Assembly (NCBI GenBank): GCA_965218095.1
Contig: OZ244587.1
Coordinates: forward strand, 1,248,001 to 1,312,000
Origin: Candidatus Poribacteria bacterium
GTDB taxonomy: Bacteria > Poribacteria > WGA-4E > PCPOR2b
Direction of reading: 5' to 3'
DNA: 64,000 nucleotides
The position numbers were made by a program, and so were the translations under genes. Below are positions 21,778 to 31,166 of this stretch, piece after piece (the stretch's first letter is position 1; every line of letters begins with the position of its first letter). Below the pieces are notes generated by a model. That model had not been told where the DNA came from. It ran no database searches and saw nothing but the letters and a program-made list of their open reading frames with translations.

Positions 21778-22199
21778 TGTCTTCTCCTTGTCCAATCAGT
21801 CAGAATGATGAGACCTGCTAACAGATTGATAGGCGATTTTAGCACGGTGTAGACACTGTGTCAATATCAAAAGTGAGAACGAAGCGGGGATGCTATGGTA
21901 TAATGATCAGGACTTACGCAATTGAACCAGCGGATTATACCCCCAACCTCCTGTGCATCTTGTATCCGGTTCAGGACTCAAGATATGGTGAAATCGCAGG
22001 TTCTGCACATCGGCTGCGTAGGTCCTACAGATGTTGAATTGTATTCCAACTACCTTCGACGGGAGGTGTATCTCACTTTCCCTGATCAGCGTGCATAAGG
22101 GATGCCCTTCCCAACGATCTTTTGAATTCAAGAAGAGAGTCCTCCTCAAAGACAAAGACCGTCCTGGCCGAAATTAAGAAATGAACCACTCAGTTGCTT

Positions 22200-22345
22200 T
22201 GCCACACGGGATTTCGCGTAGTTTATCCCGAGCACGGATTGAGGAATCTCCGTGCTCGGCCGATCTATCGGACTTCGCTTCGACTTGCATCCCGAATGAA
22301 GATCGGGGTTATCCCGATCCTATCGGGGCTCCTACTCGACTGGCC
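22200..22345. repeat. Cluster of nested short inverted repeats (REP-like element)
   Basis: ccgagcacgga...tccgtgctcgg (22228-22259), ccgat-c-tatcgg, cccga...tcggg, cccgatcctatcggg. Confidence 0.5.
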
Positions 22346-22386
22346 CTCCGAGAACACTAAATAATCCTGAATTAGAAAGATGTCTA

Positions 22387-23222
22387 GGTTCTGTTGACAT
22401 TTCAAGCGAGCCATATAAGAGTGGCGACAAAGCTGAGAAATCCAAAATAACGGACAACTAGCTTCTCAAACCGAGAGAAGATACGACGATACCATTTTAT
22501 CTTGTTGATGAAACATTCAACCCGATGTCTCTCTTTGTATAAGTGTTTGTCATACGTTCTTTGGTCAACACGATGACTTTTTGGCGGTATCACCGCAATC
22601 GCTCCATTCGCCTCAATAACCGCGATAAAAGCGTCCGAATCGTACTCCTTGTCTCCAATCACATATTCACTGTTATATCCGATTATCAACCCTTCCGCCT
22701 CAGTTATGTCATGTCTCTGACCGGGGGTCAGATGAATTCTTAGCGGATTGCCTAGTCCGTCAACGGTGATGTGATTTTTTGTACTGAAACCGCCCCGAGA
22801 CCGACCTAATGCTTGGTTTTCAGTGCCACCCTTTTTTTTAAGGCGCCAGCTTTTTAAGGCGCCCGCCGCAGACGGGTGAGCGCAGCAGATGGTACTGTCC
22901 ACAATAAGCGACTCGATATCGGGGTCAGAGGCGAAGTGGTAGTGGATCTGTGTGAAGATACCTTTGTCGCACCATCGAGCAAACCGCTTGTAGCGGGTGT
23001 TCCATTTGCCATAGGTGTCTGGTAGAAGTCTCCATTGAGCGCCGCTACGAGTCACCCACAGAACTGCTTCGACGAAGCGGCGTGTAGCAGCTTCGTCGCC
23101 AACATAGATGGTGGGACAGCTTAGAAGAAACCGGTATATCTTATTCCATTGTTCATCAGGTAAGGTTATTGGCGTCATTCTTCTATTATGCCACAACCTT
23201 ATACTCAAATGTCAACAGAACC
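22387..23222 (-). mobile_element. IS5-family insertion sequence, copy 1
   Basis: 16-bp TIRs GGTTCTGTTGACATTT / AAATGTCAACAGAACC with TA on both flanks; transposase ORF 22402-23208. Confidence 0.93.
22402..23208 (-). CDS. IS5-family transposase
   Basis: EAVLWVTRSGAQWRLLP..YGKW, IVDST, GRSRGGFSTK, GDKEYD and YKERHRVECFINKIK motifs. Confidence 0.9.
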   Translation of the reverse strand: MSIRLWHNRRMTPITLPDEQWNKIYRFLLSCPTIYVGDEAATRRFVEAVLWVTRSGAQWRLLPDTYGKWNTRYKRFARWCDKGIFTQIHYHFASDPDIESLIVDSTICCAHPSAAGALKSWRLKKKGGTENQALGRSRGGFSTKNHITVDGLGNPLRIHLTPGQRHDITEAEGLIIGYNSEYVIGDKEYDSDAFIAVIEANGAIAVIPPKSHRVDQRTYDKHLYKERHRVECFINKIKWYRRIFSRFEKLVVRYFGFLSFVATLIWLA

Positions 23223-23298
23223 TAATGAAAAACTTGCATTTTCTTTAACAGTAAGGCAAACTGAATAAGGAAAATTTTAACAGAAAGGGGATTGTATT

Positions 23299-23793
23299 AT
23301 GTTATATTTGAATTCAGTTGGGAATGCTACCGCCAGCAAAACGGAGAAAAGATACGCGATCTGTCACGAAAAGGTTCCCCTTATGCAAAACATTACGGAA
23401 TTGGCGCCGTCAAAGGAACTTCTGGCACAGTGGCAATCAGAAAAGATTGACTGGGAAGACTTTTGGCAGCGATTCATTGACGAAATGCGAGCGGAGTATC
23501 GCAAGGACGACAAAAGCCGACTCAAGAGATTGGCAAAATCTGGAAACGAGAGAGCAGGACAAAGCGCGCGAGAACCGATTGGGGATACACAACTGACTAA
23601 GGTAGATCGACAGCGAATGGAGGAAATCGCTGCGAAATGTGAATTTTTTTCGTCCGGACAGCCACGCAGCCGGCGGCGAACCTGCCAAGTCTGTAAGCAT
23701 TTAGATCAACAGGCCTATATGTGTCCTATGACCCGGCAGGTCGTCATCCATTACGAGTGGACGACGCTGCTCCGGTTCGGTCCTCAAGCCTGA
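23299..23793 (+). CDS. DUF488/YeaO-like protein with a Cys-rich C-terminus (possibly internally deleted)
   Basis: ELAPSKELL..W....IDWEDFWQRFIDEM is typical of DUF488; C-terminal CQVC...C. Confidence 0.55.
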   Translation: MLYLNSVGNATASKTEKRYAICHEKVPLMQNITELAPSKELLAQWQSEKIDWEDFWQRFIDEMRAEYRKDDKSRLKRLAKSGNERAGQSAREPIGDTQLTKVDRQRMEEIAAKCEFFSSGQPRSRRRTCQVCKHLDQQAYMCPMTRQVVIHYEWTTLLRFGPQA

Positions 23794-24542
23794 TACGCAT
23801 GACTGGTTTTGAGGAATGCTTGTACTTCAGATGGCACAAGATGATCAATCGAATTTCCCTGTTGGATCTGTGTACGAATGTCCGTTGAAGAAATCTCGGC
23901 ATAAAAATTTGGCAATCCGATTAGATCGATGCAGCTTGCGTAACGTTGGAAATCCGGCTGTGCCAGCAATTGCCTCATGGCGTCGGCATTATGTTCTTGA
24001 CGGTTTGCAACGATGAGGCAACACTGACCGAGGAGGGCTTCCAATGCGCCGTGCAGATTGGTATAATATTTCGCGTTGAAGATGCGAACCAGCGTATCGT
24101 AGCCGAGGATAAACGAAAAGTGCGTGCCGGATGGATACGCTGGCTTTAAGGCTTCAATTTTCTCGATGAACCTGCCGTGACTACAAGCTGCCACAGAGAA
24201 ATTCTTCCGGCTTACAGCGTACAGCCTGAGCATCAACAGCCGATCTGCGAGAGAAAGCCCGAACACGCCTTTATCGACGTTTACTCTCGCCAAGATTAGC
24301 AAAATCTCATCCAGATTGTATTGCTTGTGCGCCTCTTCGATCATTTTGATGTGGGCGACGGTGAGCGGATTGAAGGAACCGGAGAAAATACCAAGCCTTC
24401 TTCCGCTGTCTTTGATACGTTGAGGGGCACGATAAACCCAGCAAATCTCTGGTTCGCCATCTGGATCTAGCTGATCAACAAGCCTCTCTAGGCGACGATA
24501 TTCATCGGACTGTTTGAATGTTTGAATGTCTCCCACAATCAA
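23784..24542 (-). CDS. Nicotinate/nicotinamide-nucleotide adenylyltransferase-like protein
   Basis: SGSFNPLTVAH (T/HxGH-like), FILGYDTLVR and ISSTDIR motifs. Confidence 0.85.
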   Translation of the reverse strand: MIVGDIQTFKQSDEYRRLERLVDQLDPDGEPEICWVYRAPQRIKDSGRRLGIFSGSFNPLTVAHIKMIEEAHKQYNLDEILLILARVNVDKGVFGLSLADRLLMLRLYAVSRKNFSVAACSHGRFIEKIEALKPAYPSGTHFSFILGYDTLVRIFNAKYYTNLHGALEALLGQCCLIVANRQEHNADAMRQLLAQPDFQRYASCIDLIGLPNFYAEISSTDIRTQIQQGNSIDHLVPSEVQAFLKTSHAYQA

Positions 24543-24561
24543 ACTCCTGTTAGACCATGAT

Positions 24562-24590
24562 CCTTGAAAAGGTTCGCAACCTTTTCAAGG
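24562..24590. repeat. REP-like palindrome
   Basis: ccttgaaaaggtt-cgc-aaccttttcaagg perfect inverted repeat. Confidence 0.55.
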
Positions 24591-24739
24591 GTTCCACATT
24601 TCTGCCGTGATGCCCTACTACACTGATAAATCCTGACAGTCAAAACTAATTTTAACTACTCTCATCGCTTATGTCAACGACATTCCCTTTAGAGCAGCAC
24701 CACTAGCGCTGAGAATCAAGAGAAATTTTGCTTATAAGC

Positions 24740-24768
24740 TTGACAAACTTTCCCAAATCGCATATCAT
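24740..24768 (+). promoter_or_regulatory. sigma70-type promoter of the queD-tgt locus
   Basis: TTGACA (24740-24745), 17-bp spacer, TATCAT (24763-24768). Confidence 0.6.
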
Positions 24769-24787
24769 AAAACTATCCTGAAGTGCG

Positions 24788-25189
24788 TTGAAAGAAAGGA
24801 ATTGCCCCTTGTATACAACCGTCATCGTCCCATTTGAATTCTATGCAAGTCACAGCCTGTCTGTTCGGGAAAAGCCGCATAATCACTATTGGACACTGAA
24901 GCTGTTTGTGAAAGGCATCCCGAAAAATGGCATGGTTATTGACATTCTCAAGCTGCGACAACTCACAGATCCGTATGTCGAAAAGCTTGTAGATACTTAC
25001 CTGAATGACAATCCCGCCCTGACCGAAGAACAGGCGGCTTGCCCAACTTGTGAAATGCTTGCTGCCTATTTCTATGAGCATGTCTCCCAAGCCCTGGAGG
25101 GGTTCGATGCTGAACTCAAAGCCGTCGAGGTTGAATTACGTGAACTTGAAGGGAAGGAATGGGGTGCGGCACGACTCGAAGCGGATTAA
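24788..25189 (+). CDS. queD: QueD/PTPS-family 6-carboxytetrahydropterin synthase-like protein
   Basis: FYASHSL...HNHYW (Zn-binding His), GMVID, YLND and PTCE motifs; the true start may be the TTG near 24809. Confidence 0.75.
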   Translation: MKERNCPLYTTVIVPFEFYASHSLSVREKPHNHYWTLKLFVKGIPKNGMVIDILKLRQLTDPYVEKLVDTYLNDNPALTEEQAACPTCEMLAAYFYEHVSQALEGFDAELKAVEVELRELEGKEWGAARLEAD

Positions 25190-25190
25190 A

Positions 25191-27069
25191 ATGACTGACG
25201 CTCCGACTTATCAAACCAAAATCCGAAGGAAGGGTGGCAGGATCGGTGAGTTTCACCTAAAGCGTAACAGTAAAGGGCTCCACCCGTTATCAACACCCAT
25301 TTTGTACCCTGTCCTCTCATTCATGACCGGTACAAGTCCACGCGGCGGTGGGATTTGGAAATACCTGTTGAGAGATTTCATGAAGCACAACGTGCCGATC
25401 CTCTCGCAAGTGCTGCATTTTCTGGACTTCAATCTCACCGGCAAGCACATTAAACGCTGGCGAAATAAGTCGATGCGTGAATGGTACCGAGGGGTAAATG
25501 GATTGTATCATGCACCACTTGTCCTGGATTCCGGCGGGTTCAAATTGCTTTACAATGCCGGACTCGATCTCTCAGAGTTTGGGATTCATAGAGAGACAGA
25601 GGCGGATGATATTCTTGCGTTTCAACTCGATGTCGGAGGGGACATCATCGCATCGCTGGATTATCCACTTCCTCCCGGACTTGCCCGCCCCGAAGCGGAA
25701 GCCCGCATGAATCGAAGCCACCAGAACGCATTTCGGGTTGCAGAGCGACTCGCAGAGATGGACAAACCACCTTACCTGTATATCTGCTGTCATGGACAAT
25801 CGAGAGCAGATATTCAAAATTATGTCGATCAGATTTTTGATCGGTTAAAGGGTGTACTTCCCTCTTTCGGTCTTGCAGTCGGTTCACTGGTGCCGCTGCA
25901 GGGCGGCAATGATTCGGAGGTGCTCTTACGAATTTGCGGTGTCCTCGACGCAATTTCTGAATCAGAGCGAGATCTAACGCCTATCCATGCTTTTGGGATT
26001 TCTGGTAATCTGACGCCTATATTAGCCTACCTGGGAGTCGATAGTTTTGACAGTACAAGCTACATCCAATCGGCGCGGAATCTTGGCTATTCCGAGCCCG
26101 AGACGCAAAGAAAATTAAAGGTCATGGAATTGGATACGATGGATTGTACTTGTCGTGTCTGCCGGGAAACTTCCCTTGAAGAAATGCAGCAGGCATTTAT
26201 GGAAGCCGAAAGCTATCGGCGAACATCAACAGGGAAGTACAAAAGCGAATATTACGCCGCAATTGCGCTGCATAACTTCGAGATGGAAGCCGAAACGCTG
26301 AGAGATATGAAGGACGCGATTACAGGCGATGACACGCTTGAGGCGTTAGTTCGCCATGCCTCGACGGCTCGCGGTGTTCGAGAGGCAGTAGACTAGCTGG
26401 CTGAAAATGACGATGAATTCGCAGTTCAAATGTCAAGAACGGCTGTGGTTGTTCCCAAACGTTTGACAAGTCGGCGTACTTATCAAACAAACTCCTATCA
26501 GTTAGAACTCTTCACCTGCGCAGCCCCACCTCAAACCGATCTGTTCCTTCACGAAGAACAACCGACGATTTCGCTGAATTATACCCCCGACTCATTTTCC
26601 ATTCCGCCAGACTATCAGCCGCCCAACGGGAAGCGGATCCTTTTAACGATTCCCTGCGCAGGGAAGAAGCCGTATTCCCTTTCGCGTACCCACTCGATTG
26701 TCGACGCCAAACTTCAAACCGCCTTCGGAGAAAATCAGCGAGCGATTCACAAGATCACCTTTTCGGGCTTATACGGGCCCGTTCCTGAAGAATTTGAATC
26801 AGAGGAGGCTGTGATACGCTATGAATTCCAATTGTCGCCCCGACATACCGACCAGATACAGCTTTGCGCGGATCGGTTCAATACCTACCTACCTCGACGA
26901 ACAGGGGGAACACTATGAACTCATCGTCGGATATGCCACAAGTCGTGCCTATCGCGAAGTCTTTGAGCGCATCCAAAAGCATCGACCAGATTTTATCCTG
27001 CTCCCCACAAAACCGAAGCAGAAACGACTCTCCGAGTTCTTCCGACATATCCACCTTGATGAATTAATA
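25191..27069 (+). pseudogene. tRNA/DNA-guanine transglycosylase (TGT family) fused to an ArcS/DUF5591-like domain; interrupted by a TAG, a 4-bp duplication and IS insertions
   Basis: TGT motifs LDSGGF, SLDYP, CHG, AVGSL, HAFG, DSFDSTS and Zn site CTCRVC...HN. In-frame TAG at 26394-26396. ArcS-type motif PCAGKKPYSLSRTH, then SGLYGPVPEE. TACC x3 frameshift at 26882-26893. The 3' end continues at 28187-28244 and 29071-29087. Confidence 0.8.
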
Positions 27070-28178
27070 GAGGGGTGTGCATAGTAGTTCATTGGAAAAC
27101 AGCCGCCATATGAGAGATATTGCGAGCAGGTAACTTCCATATGGCATTGGCAATCATAGCCACTTGCACTGATAACACCCCGATAGCTAAACAACAGCGT
27201 ACATTGAAAAACCCCTTGACCGGTAACTGCTTCTGTTGAGGAGTGGTGCCTATCACTTTAGCAATCAAGTCAAACAACGGTTCAACCGAACTGCGACGTT
27301 TGCTTAAACAGAGACGCTGCTTGGGTTGGTTGATAAATCGATGATACGCCTTGGCAAACCGTCCCTTTGTCCATCTAAGTGCCGGGGTAATCAAAGCGAC
27401 TTGTGCCTTCGCCCAACGACGGATACGGTCTGCTTGGGTATAGGCATCATCGGCAGTGAGTGTCTGCGGTGAAAGTTGTGTCAGAATCTCAGACGCTTTA
27501 GCATCTATCGCCCAACTTTCGGAGACCGACGCACGGTGCACAGTTATCAGTGTTGGGAACGCACCTTGTGTGCAGATAATGTGAAGTCCGTAGCCATAGA
27601 CCCAGCCATGATAACCACTCTTGCTCCACGTGGCATCGGTGTCGAGGTTGCGTAGATGTTTAGGTACTTTTCCTGCTTTGCGGTCAGTTTGATGCCAGAC
27701 GGGTCCTCGTGCCTTAAATAAACTTTTGTCGGCTACCAGATGAGCCAAGTTGAATTGTTGGGACAAGTCAGTGGCATACTGACCGATAAACAATACAAAT
27801 GCCTCTATCACTTCATATAATGCCTTATAGCGACGTGCAATCGTGGTTCGATGAGGGGGCTGTTGCCACCCCAGCATTTGTAACACTTCTGGGTGATTGA
27901 TTAGCCACCGCCATTGCGTTTTGAAGCCATAGATGCCGTGAAACTGCATCAACATGAAGAAAATGATAAACGAGGTGGTTGAATATGTCAATGGTTTTGC
28001 GTGTGTGACACCTGGTTTGTCAATACGGTGTTGCATAAACTGCTCAAAGAGTTGCATAATAAGAGTGACATAATCAGCCAACATTGGTCTTTGTACCATA
28101 TTGGGGCTCCTTTTGCTATGATAACAATAGGAAACCCTTTTGGCTTGATTATGTCAACTATATTTATGCACACCCCTC
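27070..28178 (-). mobile_element. DDE insertion sequence (IS982/IS5-like) inserted in the 3' end of the TGT-ArcS gene
   Basis: 14-bp TIRs GAGGGGTGTGCATA (27070-27083) / TATGCACACCCCTC (28165-28178); 8-bp target duplication AATTAATA at 27062-27069 and 28179-28186. Confidence 0.92.
27089..28099 (-). CDS. DDE transposase (DDE_Tnp_1-like)
   Basis: LVADKS, DTDATW..GWVYGYGLH, ADDAY and RRSSVEPLF motifs; lies inside the TIRs. Confidence 0.88.
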   Translation of the reverse strand: MVQRPMLADYVTLIMQLFEQFMQHRIDKPGVTHAKPLTYSTTSFIIFFMLMQFHGIYGFKTQWRWLINHPEVLQMLGWQQPPHRTTIARRYKALYEVIEAFVLFIGQYATDLSQQFNLAHLVADKSLFKARGPVWHQTDRKAGKVPKHLRNLDTDATWSKSGYHGWVYGYGLHIICTQGAFPTLITVHRASVSESWAIDAKASEILTQLSPQTLTADDAYTQADRIRRWAKAQVALITPALRWTKGRFAKAYHRFINQPKQRLCLSKRRSSVEPLFDLIAKVIGTTPQQKQLPVKGFFNVRCCLAIGVLSVQVAMIANAIWKLPARNISHMAAVFQ

Positions 28179-28244
28179 AATTAATAGAAGTTTTATTGAG
28201 TGTTTTAGAGAAGAAAGCTGTTCAGGAGGGCTACAATGGTGCTA

Positions 28245-29068
28245 GGTTCTGTTGACATTTCAAGGGAGCCATATAAGAGTGGGGACAAAGCTGAGAAATC
28301 CAAAATAACGGACAGCTAGCTTCTCAAACCGAGAGAAGATACGACGATACCATTTTATCTTGTTGATGAAACATTTAACCCGATGTCTCTCTTTGTATAA
28401 GTGTTTGTCATACGTTCTTTGGCCAACACGATGACTTTTGGGCGGTATCACCGCAATCGCTCCATTCGCCTTGATAACCGCGATAAAAGCGTCCGAATCG
28501 TACCCCTTGTCTCCAATCACATATTCACTGTTATATCCGATTATCAACCCTTCCGCCTCAGTTATGTCATGTCTCTGACCGGGGGTCAGATGAATTCTTA
28601 GGGGATTGCCTAGTCCGTCAACTGTGATGTGATTTTTTGTACTGAAACCGCCCCGAGACCGACCTAATGCTTGGTTTTCAGTGCCACCCTTTTTTTTAAG
28701 GCGCCAGCTTTTTAAGGCGCCCGCCGCACACGGGTGAGCGCGGCAGATGGTACTGTCCACAATAAGCGACTCGATATCGGGGTCAGAGGCGAAGTGGGGG
28801 TGCATCTGTGTGAAGATACCTTTGTCGCACCATCGAGCAAACCGCTTGTAGCGGGTGTTCCATTTACCATAGGTGTCTGGTAGAAGTCTCCATTGAGCCC
28901 CACTACGAGTCACCCACAGGACGGCTTCGACGAAGCGGCGTGAGATGGTGGAGATGGTGGGACAGCTAAGAAGAAACCGGTATATCTTATTCCATTGTTC
29001 ATCAGGTAAGGTTATTGGCGTCATTCTTCTATTATGCCACAACCTTATACTCAAATGTCAACAGAACC
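28245..29068 (-). mobile_element. IS5-family insertion sequence, copy 2
   Basis: Same TIRs as copy 1 (28245-28260 and 29053-29068), TA flanks, near-identical sequence. Confidence 0.93.
28260..29054 (-). CDS. IS5-family transposase (4-aa in-frame deletion relative to copy 1)
   Basis: Near-identical protein to 22402-23208. Confidence 0.88.
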   Translation of the reverse strand: MSIRLWHNRRMTPITLPDEQWNKIYRFLLSCPTISTISRRFVEAVLWVTRSGAQWRLLPDTYGKWNTRYKRFARWCDKGIFTQMHPHFASDPDIESLIVDSTICRAHPCAAGALKSWRLKKKGGTENQALGRSRGGFSTKNHITVDGLGNPLRIHLTPGQRHDITEAEGLIIGYNSEYVIGDKGYDSDAFIAVIKANGAIAVIPPKSHRVGQRTYDKHLYKERHRVKCFINKIKWYRRIFSRFEKLAVRYFGFLSFVPTLIWLP

Positions 29069-29116
29069 TAATTGCATTCAAGAATAAATGCCTGAAAGGT
29101 TAGAGGTAAGTTCAGA

Positions 29117-31084
29117 TCACGCTTTCATCAGGTTGTCGATGGCTGTCAAGTGCCAGTTCGGATCTTCCAATGCTTCATACACAACGCCACCCTCGACATT
29201 CCGAGGTGTGGGGAGTCCCAACAGGTAGCAGAGCGTCGGTGCGACATCGATTACCCGCACCTGCCGCTGAAGCGCTACGCCTTTACGGACACCAGCACCG
29301 GATAGAATGAACGTCGAGTGCTGCCCGCCGATACCGAAACTGACGGAGGGGAGTTGTTTGCCGTGTGCGCCGTCAAACTCTGGGTGCAGTGCGTAAACCA
29401 CATCGCCCACCAGATTGCTCGTGAGGTTGACCATCTCAGCGTCAGCGCGGGTGAGTGCAAGCGAAAAGGGGTGCCTGCCGGTCTCTGAGTCCTGATAGGC
29501 GTGAAGGGCGGCGATGAGCTCCTGCTGCGTGGCTTCATAGTCTGCGGAATCGACCATACCGTCCGGTTCACGGCCTTTGAGATTGATGAAGATATGCACC
29601 AAGCCAACGTTGACCGCACGGGTTTTCGACCAATCGATTTCCCGTGTTCCCTCTTTGTACATAATGAAACCGGCCTCCTCCAACACCTGAGCGATGTCCA
29701 CCACACGAAATTGGTTGGGGGTTCCGCCGTGATCTGAGCACACGAGGATAACCGTGTCATCGTCGGCGAGCTCCATCACGCGCCCGATCATCCGATCGGT
29801 CGAAGCGTAAGTCCGAATGACTCCATCACGGCACCGCTGGATTGTCTCAGGAGCGGCACCGCTCACTTCATCGGCCTGACTCAAGAAGAAGTGGCTCGTG
29901 TAATCCGGCGCATGGGTTTCGACCATGAGGACATCCCACTCGCCCGTCTTCGTCAAGTGCTGCGCGACATCGGCGAGTCGCTGGTGGTGGTATTCTAAGG
30001 ACTCGAAGTAGGTGTCATCATCTATTACGCCCAACGCATCCCGACCGGGGTTCTGAAGAAATGAACCGATTTCCTGATCGATCTCTCCCGCGATTTCTGC
30101 AGGGACGGTGTAGCCTTCGCGGGGCCAGATCTGCGGGACGAACAGTTCAAATGCATCGGCATTCGGGGTGAGGGTAATCAGTTTCATACGCACATACCCC
30201 TCCACATCAGCCCCGTCAATCTCGAAGGCGTCAAGCCACCAATCGCTCCAATCACCCACGCCAAGCTCTGAGACAGTATCACTTCCAGACCGACTTCGGC
30301 AGACCCGTACCCGATCATAGCCGTTATCACCGGTGGCGTAGATTAAACAGAAAAAGGATTTTGGCGTACCCTGTTTTCCCCGATTCATGTCCTCCCGACC
30401 TCGCGTCAGCGGCTGAATTGTCAATTCAACCTCGTGTGGCGGTTGCGTTGAATCGGGGAGCTCTGTCCAATCCTTCCCTTGAGCGTCTTCAATCGTCACC
30501 GGATCGATATTGCGAACCGTTTGCAACGCACTTGGATCCAGCGTCTCCGGGTCGCGCTGTCCACCAATCGGGCGTGGCGCCCACTTTCCACCAGCGAAGA
30601 GGTGATAGCCAGCAACTTGATGGTGATTTGATACACCGGGGCCCGTGCCTTCCACCTGAATACCGGTCATCACTGTGGGGGGCCAGGACATCTCCCACTT
30701 GACAAGGATCGGTTTGCGTCCGACGCGCTCGACGAGATTCCAGAGGTATTCCGACTGACACAACTTCGTGTTGATGCCCCAAACGGTCTGATCTAACCGT
30801 TCGCCCAAAGCGCGGATGTTAAAATCCATCACCCGGTGGGTGCCGGGCCATGAACCGGTGGAAAGCGCCGTCCAGCCCGGCGGGGTCAGGGTTGGGAAAA
30901 CGCCGATCATGTGTCGATAAACCCCCTGTTGCATCAACCGAGCCATATTCGGCGCATGCCCCCAGTCAATCATGTTTTTGACCAGTTCCATACTGGCGCC
31001 ATCTATGCCAATGACAATTGCACGTTTCGCCGGAGATATATTCGATACATCAGGATTCTGATACATAACAAACTCCCTTTTCAC
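29117..31084 (-). CDS. Alkaline-phosphatase superfamily nucleotide pyrophosphatase/phosphodiesterase
   Basis: IGIDGA, PTLTPPGW (Thr nucleophile), CSDHG and IDVAPT motifs. Confidence 0.85.
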   Translation of the reverse strand: MKREFVMYQNPDVSNISPAKRAIVIGIDGASMELVKNMIDWGHAPNMARLMQQGVYRHMIGVFPTLTPPGWTALSTGSWPGTHRVMDFNIRALGERLDQTVWGINTKLCQSEYLWNLVERVGRKPILVKWEMSWPPTVMTGIQVEGTGPGVSNHHQVAGYHLFAGGKWAPRPIGGQRDPETLDPSALQTVRNIDPVTIEDAQGKDWTELPDSTQPPHEVELTIQPLTRGREDMNRGKQGTPKSFFCLIYATGDNGYDRVRVCRSRSGSDTVSELGVGDWSDWWLDAFEIDGADVEGYVRMKLITLTPNADAFELFVPQIWPREGYTVPAEIAGEIDQEIGSFLQNPGRDALGVIDDDTYFESLEYHHQRLADVAQHLTKTGEWDVLMVETHAPDYTSHFFLSQADEVSGAAPETIQRCRDGVIRTYASTDRMIGRVMELADDDTVILVCSDHGGTPNQFRVVDIAQVLEEAGFIMYKEGTREIDWSKTRAVNVGLVHIFINLKGREPDGMVDSADYEATQQELIAALHAYQDSETGRHPFSLALTRADAEMVNLTSNLVGDVVYALHPEFDGAHGKQLPSVSFGIGGQHSTFILSGAGVRKGVALQRQVRVIDVAPTLCYLLGLPTPRNVEGGVVYEALEDPNWHLTAIDNLMKA

Positions 31085-31166
31085 AATTTGACGAAGATAT
31101 GTCGATTTTAATGGGTTTAGGACTGACGCAGTTGGCGTCTAAAGCAATTCCAGGTCTCAACCGGTA

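Noticed and set aside
25050-25190. N-terminal extension of the TGT ORF given in the ORF track
   Set aside because: It overlaps queD in another frame; the ATG at 25191, immediately after the queD stop, is the more plausible start.
10443-26396. TAG recoding (pyrrolysine or alternative genetic code) suggested by three in-frame TAGs
   Set aside because: Intact genes end normally in TAG (for example 7971, 17056, 57315). The interrupted genes mostly carry other lesions, a TGA case also occurs, and no suppressor tRNA or pyl genes are seen.
22387-29068. Composite transposon formed by two direct IS5 copies carrying queD-tgt
   Set aside because: Copy 2 sits inside the 3' end of the TGT-ArcS gene, whose frame continues beyond it to a stop at 29087. 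Each copy has its own TA flanks, so independent insertions are more likely.
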